DNA of 17,730 nucleotides from Fidelibacterota bacterium (lineage in GTDB: Bacteria > Fidelibacterota > Marinisomatia > Marinisomatales > S15-B10). Positions 15,563 through 17,730 of this stretch are shown here, in pieces (position 1 is the stretch's first letter; every line of letters begins with the position of its first letter). The notes under the pieces are model-generated. The model was not told the DNA's origin. It did not search any database and saw nothing but the letters and a program-made list of their open reading frames with translations. The position numbers and the translations under genes are program-made. The stretch covers positions 1 to 17,730 of the forward strand of contig PBTS01000076.1 of the NCBI GenBank assembly GCA_002729175.1, written 5' to 3'.

Positions 15563-16936
15563 TTAAAACTTGAATCGGACACCTAATTCCCCTAATTCCG
15601 CTTTGATTTTTTTATACAATTGTTTGTATTCCAGAATTGGCTGTTTTGTTTTCATATTCCAACACTGTTCATAGGTTTTGCCATTTGGCGCATTTGGAAT
15701 ATCATCTTCATATTTTGCCAATAATTTTTTAACAATCTCATTTCCTTGTGAACGAGTCATCCCGATTACACCATGCGCAATTTCCGAAGCCCATTTTGGT
15801 TCCATCGGCGTGAAATGATCAACTTCAACGGCCTTTGCAACACCTCCAAATTCTATAGATGCTCCGGAAACAACAGCGTTTATCACAACCGCTGCGATTT
15901 CATACAGGCACATTTCCGTCATCGGACCGGCTGCCACATAATTAAGAATAAAGAAGGGGAAATGACTGTTTCTGCTAATAGCCTGTGCACTAGCGCTATT
16001 GGCCCATATAACAGCCCTATCACTTGTGCATCCATGATTGACATGAATTGGAAATGTGAGTTGACAAGAACCTTTCATTAAGAGTATAGAATTAAGATGG
16101 TAAGCAACATTAGTTACAGCAGTTCCTTCCGGCCCGCCACAATAACCACCTAAAATGGGTGCGGATTCTGCAACTATATGACCTCCTAAATTCATAACAA
16201 AAGCAATCTCATTTAATCTTTCAAAATTAATCTTCATCTCCGCTATAGTACCGATTAACCAACCATCAGTTGGTCTAAGGCCAAATTGACTTCCTGCAAT
16301 TTTAGCCGTATCCGAACCTGCAGAAGCTATTGCATTCATAATAGGCAGACCCGCACGGCCACCTTTTCGCAAAGCTGACCTGGCTAAAGTACTGGATCGC
16401 ATGCAGGCTAGGATTTCCAAAGGACTTTTGGTACGAACAAGTCTTCCTTCAATATACTTAATCGTCGGAGTGGTGATGGAATCGGCCAATGGAAGAAATG
16501 ATGCATAGGCCTCTAAAATACTTTCAAATAGCGTTTCATTGGACACGGCTGCTCCACCAGCTCCTATAAAGCACCACGGATCAATATCGCTTTCGGGCTT
16601 ACGAGCTACCAGAGCCTTGGCATCACTTCCTTCGCCAAATACCGGTCGACTAGTAGCTTCGGCCAAACCTTCCAGAATTTCTTCCTCGGTAAATTTTATT
16701 ATACGTTCTGTATCGACACAGTAAATTCCTACATTGGCAAATAGATCTATTCCTGCCTTAAAAACTCTGTCTGCTAAATCGTCATCACAGGACAAAGGAT
16801 TTTCAGGATCATACTTAATTTCATATTTTTTTATTAATTCCCTTAGCTTTGGAACAAAGATATTTAAATCAAAGTCTTTTTCAGAAGTGAAGGGCCCTTC
16901 CAATGCCCTATCTATGATTTCTATAAGATTTACCAA
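15563..16936 (-). CDS. mtmB: Monomethylamine:corrinoid methyltransferase family protein (MtmB homologue 3, non-pyrrolysine)
   Basis: 457 aa, TTG start. GGRAGL, EMKIN, GGYCGG, AGPMTEMC, GVAKA, TPME and GKTYEQCW. Met200 (ATG at 16339-16337) occupies the Pyl position. Confidence 0.9.
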   Translation of the reverse strand: MVNLIEIIDRALEGPFTSEKDFDLNIFVPKLRELIKKYEIKYDPENPLSCDDDLADRVFKAGIDLFANVGIYCVDTERIIKFTEEEILEGLAEATSRPVFGEGSDAKALVARKPESDIDPWCFIGAGGAAVSNETLFESILEAYASFLPLADSITTPTIKYIEGRLVRTKSPLEILACMRSSTLARSALRKGGRAGLPIMNAIASAGSDTAKIAGSQFGLRPTDGWLIGTIAEMKINFERLNEIAFVMNLGGHIVAESAPILGGYCGGPEGTAVTNVAYHLNSILLMKGSCQLTFPIHVNHGCTSDRAVIWANSASAQAISRNSHFPFFILNYVAAGPMTEMCLYEIAAVVINAVVSGASIEFGGVAKAVEVDHFTPMEPKWASEIAHGVIGMTRSQGNEIVKKLLAKYEDDIPNAPNGKTYEQCWNMKTKQPILEYKQLYKKIKAELGELGVRFKF

Positions 16937-16948
16937 ATTTTTATATCC

Positions 16949-17620
16949 TTATGATTTTTGTTTTTTTGATAAAAATTCTAAAGCAAGTGCAACTGCTCTT
17001 TCAGCGTTTTCCCCATATATATCAGCTCCAATCTCATCAGCCCATTTTTGGGAAGTTGGGGCTCCGCCTATCATAACTAAATATTTTTCTCTTTGGCCTA
17101 TTTCTTTTAGAATGTCGATAAGATCTTTCTGGGATGCCATAGTAGTAGTCAAGAGCGATGACAAGGCTATAATATCAGCATCAACCCTACCAGCTTCCTC
17201 TATAAAAGTAGAAGTGGATACATCTTCACCGATATTGTGGACATTAAATCCCGCTGTTTCTAACATAATAGCAACAATATCTTTGCCGATTTTGTGTATG
17301 TCACCTTTAACTGTGCCAATCAGAACAGTACCTTTATTGAGACTTTTGCTTTTATCTGAACTGTCCGATAAAATATGAGGTTTTAAGATAGCCATTGCTG
17401 AAGTGAATGCTCCCGCAGCCATCATAAGTTCTGGTAAAAAAATTTCAAGTTTGTTGAATTTCTCTCCTACAACTTCCATCCCCTTTGACAAACCGTTCTC
17501 GATACCCTCCAAAGGACTATAATTTTCCTTAATAAGCAGCGTGGCAGCATCTTTACCTTTTTGCACATCCATCTCTACAACGCAATCGAACAGGTCTTTA
17601 AAAATATCCTCTTTATTCAT
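16949..17620 (-). CDS. Corrinoid (B12-binding) protein, MtmC/MtbC/MttC family
   Basis: GTVKGDIHKIGKDIV, SSLLTTT, MIGGAP and FLPEL. Start moved from 17638 (TTG) to the ATG at 17620 because AAGGAG lies just upstream of it. Confidence 0.95.
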   Translation of the reverse strand: MNKEDIFKDLFDCVVEMDVQKGKDAATLLIKENYSPLEGIENGLSKGMEVVGEKFNKLEIFLPELMMAAGAFTSAMAILKPHILSDSSDKSKSLNKGTVLIGTVKGDIHKIGKDIVAIMLETAGFNVHNIGEDVSTSTFIEEAGRVDADIIALSSLLTTTMASQKDLIDILKEIGQREKYLVMIGGAPTSQKWADEIGADIYGENAERAVALALEFLSKKQKS

Positions 17621-17655
17621 AGCATATACTCCTTTCAAATAGTTTCTTTTCTATG

Positions 17656-17730
17656 TTAAAGTTCAAGAACATTTCTCTCCCGCTTAAAAGGAACATCTCC
17701 CGGATCAGGTTCATCAAACTCACGGGCAAA
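17656..17730 (-). CDS. 3' end of a probable trimethylamine/dimethylamine/histamine dehydrogenase-like flavoenzyme (Old Yellow Enzyme family)
   Basis: The frame from the window edge reads FAREFDEPDPGDVPFKRERNVLEL*. This resembles the recalled C-terminal pattern A.E.(D/E)....(V/I)P(F/Y)(K/R)RE of TMADH and histamine dehydrogenase. Only 24 residues are visible. Confidence 0.6.
   Translation of the reverse strand, partial: FAREFDEPDPGDVPFKRERNVLEL

Noticed and set aside
6581..16936. Pyrrolysine (UAG) read-through in the mtmB/mttB genes
   Set aside because: All four ORFs are full length with sense codons at the Pyl-equivalent position, and no pyl genes are visible.
12541..17661. dif-like half sites (CGCATAATG at 12541, CTATGTTAAAG at 17651)
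   Set aside because: Each lacks the partner XerC or XerD arm at the required spacing.
17686..17730. SSB-like acidic tail ending DVPF
   Set aside because: The frame continues (DVPFKRERNVLEL*), which fits a TMADH/HADH-like C-terminus better.

Overview
Bacterial chromosomal window with two parts. The left part (1-6359) looks host-like. It holds a truncated secreted hypothetical protein, a SelW/Rdx-family selenoprotein with an in-frame UGA (CxxU) that the ORF track misses, a small membrane protein, a FecR-domain protein with an acidic linker and beta-barrel-like C-terminus, an alpha-oxoamine synthase (SPT/BioF family), an ADC/DUF2071-like protein and an atypical cysteine-synthase-family enzyme. 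The right part (about 6440-17730) is a compositionally mosaic accessory region, almost entirely on the minus strand. It carries three divergent pyrrolysine-free MtmB homologues, each paired with its own corrinoid protein, one pyrrolysine-free MttB homologue, the 3' end of a probable TMADH/histamine-dehydrogenase-like flavoenzyme, and two 5' gene stubs (aldehyde dehydrogenase and MBL-fold hydrolase). Between 6442 and 13143, five directly oriented copies of an unrecognised 30-65 bp intergenic repeat separate gene blocks of different GC content. This resembles a cassette array but has no attC signature, and no integrase lies in the window. Family calls come from motif recognition by eye; no database searches were run.
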